A stretch of DNA of 64,000 nucleotides. Origin: a virus (taxonomy: Duplodnaviria; Caudoviricetes). The position numbers and the translations under genes were made by a program. The stretch lies in the IMG/VR virus record IMGVR_UViG_3300023108_000002. One strand, 5' to 3'. Positions 62,274 to 64,000 of this stretch are shown here, one piece after another (within the stretch, counting starts at the first letter, position 1; the number at the start of each line of letters is the position of its first letter). The notes under the pieces are model-generated. The model did no database searches. It saw only the letters and a list, made by a program, of their open reading frames with translations, and was not told where the DNA came from.

Positions 62274-63944
62274 ATGGCAGCAATTATCACAAACAAATTG
62301 AGGATTTTCAACGCACAAGAATTCCTACAATCAATAAACCGTTCTTCTCCTGTCTGGACAACTAATAGAGCATATTCTGCTGGGGATTCTGTAGTAAATA
62401 ACAGAAACCTTTTCATTGCAGTCTCTAATGGAACTTCTGCAGCAACAGGAACAGGGCCTACGCCATCTTCTCTTACAGATGGTACTGTAACATGGGTACA
62501 TCAAGGTCTTGCAGTATATAACAATCTGTATATGTCAGTTGCAAGACACACTCCTTGGGTGAATGATGCAAATCCTCCAACTCCACAAGATTCTATTGGA
62601 TATGGTTATTCAGTAAATGCAGATGCGATTGCAATGAAAAAGATCAATTATGCTGATATGACTCTCGCTATTCCAAGAATTAATTGGACTTCTGGAAGAG
62701 TTTATACAATGTTTGAACACGATTCCCCAGAAGAAATCATTCCAAACAATTATGTAATTACTGATTCTGGAAATCAATACAATGTCTACAAATGTATTAG
62801 TAACCAAAGATATATTGACGATTCAGTTGGTGTTCAAGCTGTCGCATCTACTGTCAAACCTACTTCTACTTCTACTACTTCATTTGAGACAACTTCAGAC
62901 GGATATGTGTGGAAGTATATGTATTCTATTGAACTTTCAAAGGCCTTAAAGTTTTTGACTAAAGACTATATTCCAGTCGATTCTGTTTTATATGAACCCG
63001 TTGATACTACTAGTGCAGAGTATGTACAGTGGCAAATTCAACAAAATGCGGCATCAGTTGATGGAGAAATTGAATTTATTAAAATTGAACCAAACGAACC
63101 AGGCGGCGCTGTCTCTGGTGGTGCTGGTTATCATCCAAATATTAATAAAACTGGTGTAACTTTAAGTGGAAATACTCTAAGTATTACAAATTTACCAAAC
63201 AATTCTCTTGATTATACAGGATATTTTGTAGTTGATTTAGGTAATAACGAACAGTTTGAAATCACAGAATGGAATGTAACTGGAACAACTGCTAATGTTA
63301 CGGTCAATGGAACATTTACTGGTGGTGCAGACAGAAATATTATTGTTGCCCCAGGCGTATCTATTGCTGGTAATGGTTCTGGTTTCTCTGCATATGGTCT
63401 TGTAACTATTGACAAAATTTCAGAAATGAGAATTACCGCTCAAGGTGCAAATTGGAGCGCAGTTGATAGTGCAACTATTGATACTGTAAATGTTCCAGCA
63501 TTTGGCGGTGATGGAAATCCAAATGTAAATGCGTGTAAAATCAAACCTATTATTTCTCCAGATTTTGGTCATGGTTATAATGCCATTGAAGAGCTTGCTG
63601 GATATTATGTCATGATTTCAATGAGATTAGAATATGATGAACAATCCACAAGAAATAACAGTTTGGGTAATAGTGAAACCAAAGTAATGTTCCCTGTTTC
63701 TGGAGATGAAGCACAATTCAGACAAATTGCTGTTGTTGCAGACCCACTAGAAGCAACCACAGACAATCCACCAGCTACGGAAGAATCTTATAGGGGCCCA
63801 CAACACCCAGATTTTGGTACAGCAGACGAAGAACCTTTTGACATATTGACAGGTTCTGGTAAAGTACTTTATACAGAAAACAGACAGCCGGTTGCCAGAG
63901 CAATCGACCAAATTGAAGATATTAAAATAGTATTCGAATTCTAA
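62274..63944 (+). CDS. gp8: Baseplate wedge gp8
   Basis: MAAIITNKLRIFNA, PRINWTSG, NVYKCISN, DGYVWKYMY, SGKVLYTENR.PV.RA.DQ.EDIKIVFEF. Confidence 0.92.
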   Translation: MAAIITNKLRIFNAQEFLQSINRSSPVWTTNRAYSAGDSVVNNRNLFIAVSNGTSAATGTGPTPSSLTDGTVTWVHQGLAVYNNLYMSVARHTPWVNDANPPTPQDSIGYGYSVNADAIAMKKINYADMTLAIPRINWTSGRVYTMFEHDSPEEIIPNNYVITDSGNQYNVYKCISNQRYIDDSVGVQAVASTVKPTSTSTTSFETTSDGYVWKYMYSIELSKALKFLTKDYIPVDSVLYEPVDTTSAEYVQWQIQQNAASVDGEIEFIKIEPNEPGGAVSGGAGYHPNINKTGVTLSGNTLSITNLPNNSLDYTGYFVVDLGNNEQFEITEWNVTGTTANVTVNGTFTGGADRNIIVAPGVSIAGNGSGFSAYGLVTIDKISEMRITAQGANWSAVDSATIDTVNVPAFGGDGNPNVNACKIKPIISPDFGHGYNAIEELAGYYVMISMRLEYDEQSTRNNSLGNSETKVMFPVSGDEAQFRQIAVVADPLEATTDNPPATEESYRGPQHPDFGTADEEPFDILTGSGKVLYTENRQPVARAIDQIEDIKIVFEF

Positions 63945-63965
63945 TTAATTTGAGAGAAGAAAAAC

Positions 63966-64000
63966 ATGGCCTTAAATCTTAATGTAGCTCCTTATTTTGA
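63966..64000 (+). CDS. Start of a VrlC-like structural protein (partial)
   Basis: MALNLNVAPYF matches the N-terminus of the large gene that follows gp8 in marine T4-like phages; only 35 bp are visible. Confidence 0.55.
   Translation, partial: MALNLNVAPYF

Overview
The window is a 64-kb segment of an AT-rich (roughly one-third GC by eye) T4-like myovirus genome, most likely a marine phage of Alphaproteobacteria. The host call is inference from a circularly permuted two-piece tmRNA with tag ANDNFAPSEFALAA, an RpoD-like sigma region 4 gene, DUF1127, SbmA/BacA and GANTC-rich promoters. Layout: (1) 1-7100, minus-strand tail-fibre/adhesin genes. (2) 7200-36700, early/accessory region with mazG, guaC, a lipase, an ExbB/ExbD-like plus SbmA plus ClpP envelope module, a SleB hydrolase, a DNA methyltransferase, glutaredoxin, a Na/Pi transporter, many small ORFs behind repeated sigma70 promoter cassettes, six tRNAs, tmRNA, candidate ncRNAs, a SET protein, a Mom-like protein and an endolysin. 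(3) 36700-41800, phoH, exonuclease, gp33, gp59, gp32. (4) 42400-64000, tail/baseplate/head-completion genes (tape-measure-like gene, gp51, gp26, gp54, gp2, gp4, gp48, gp53, hub, gp5, gp25, gp6, gp7, gp8). The most striking signals are: CcrM-type GANTC sites at fixed positions in most early promoter cassettes; a stand-alone RpoD region-4 mini-protein inside an inverted trio of those cassettes; a roughly 217-nt structured ncRNA with its own promoter and terminator; a lambda G/GT-like -1 frameshift site joining gp26 to gp51; an ion-motor/peptide-importer module; and a blue-copper-type ligand set in a tail protein. All family assignments come from motif recognition by eye; no database search was run.
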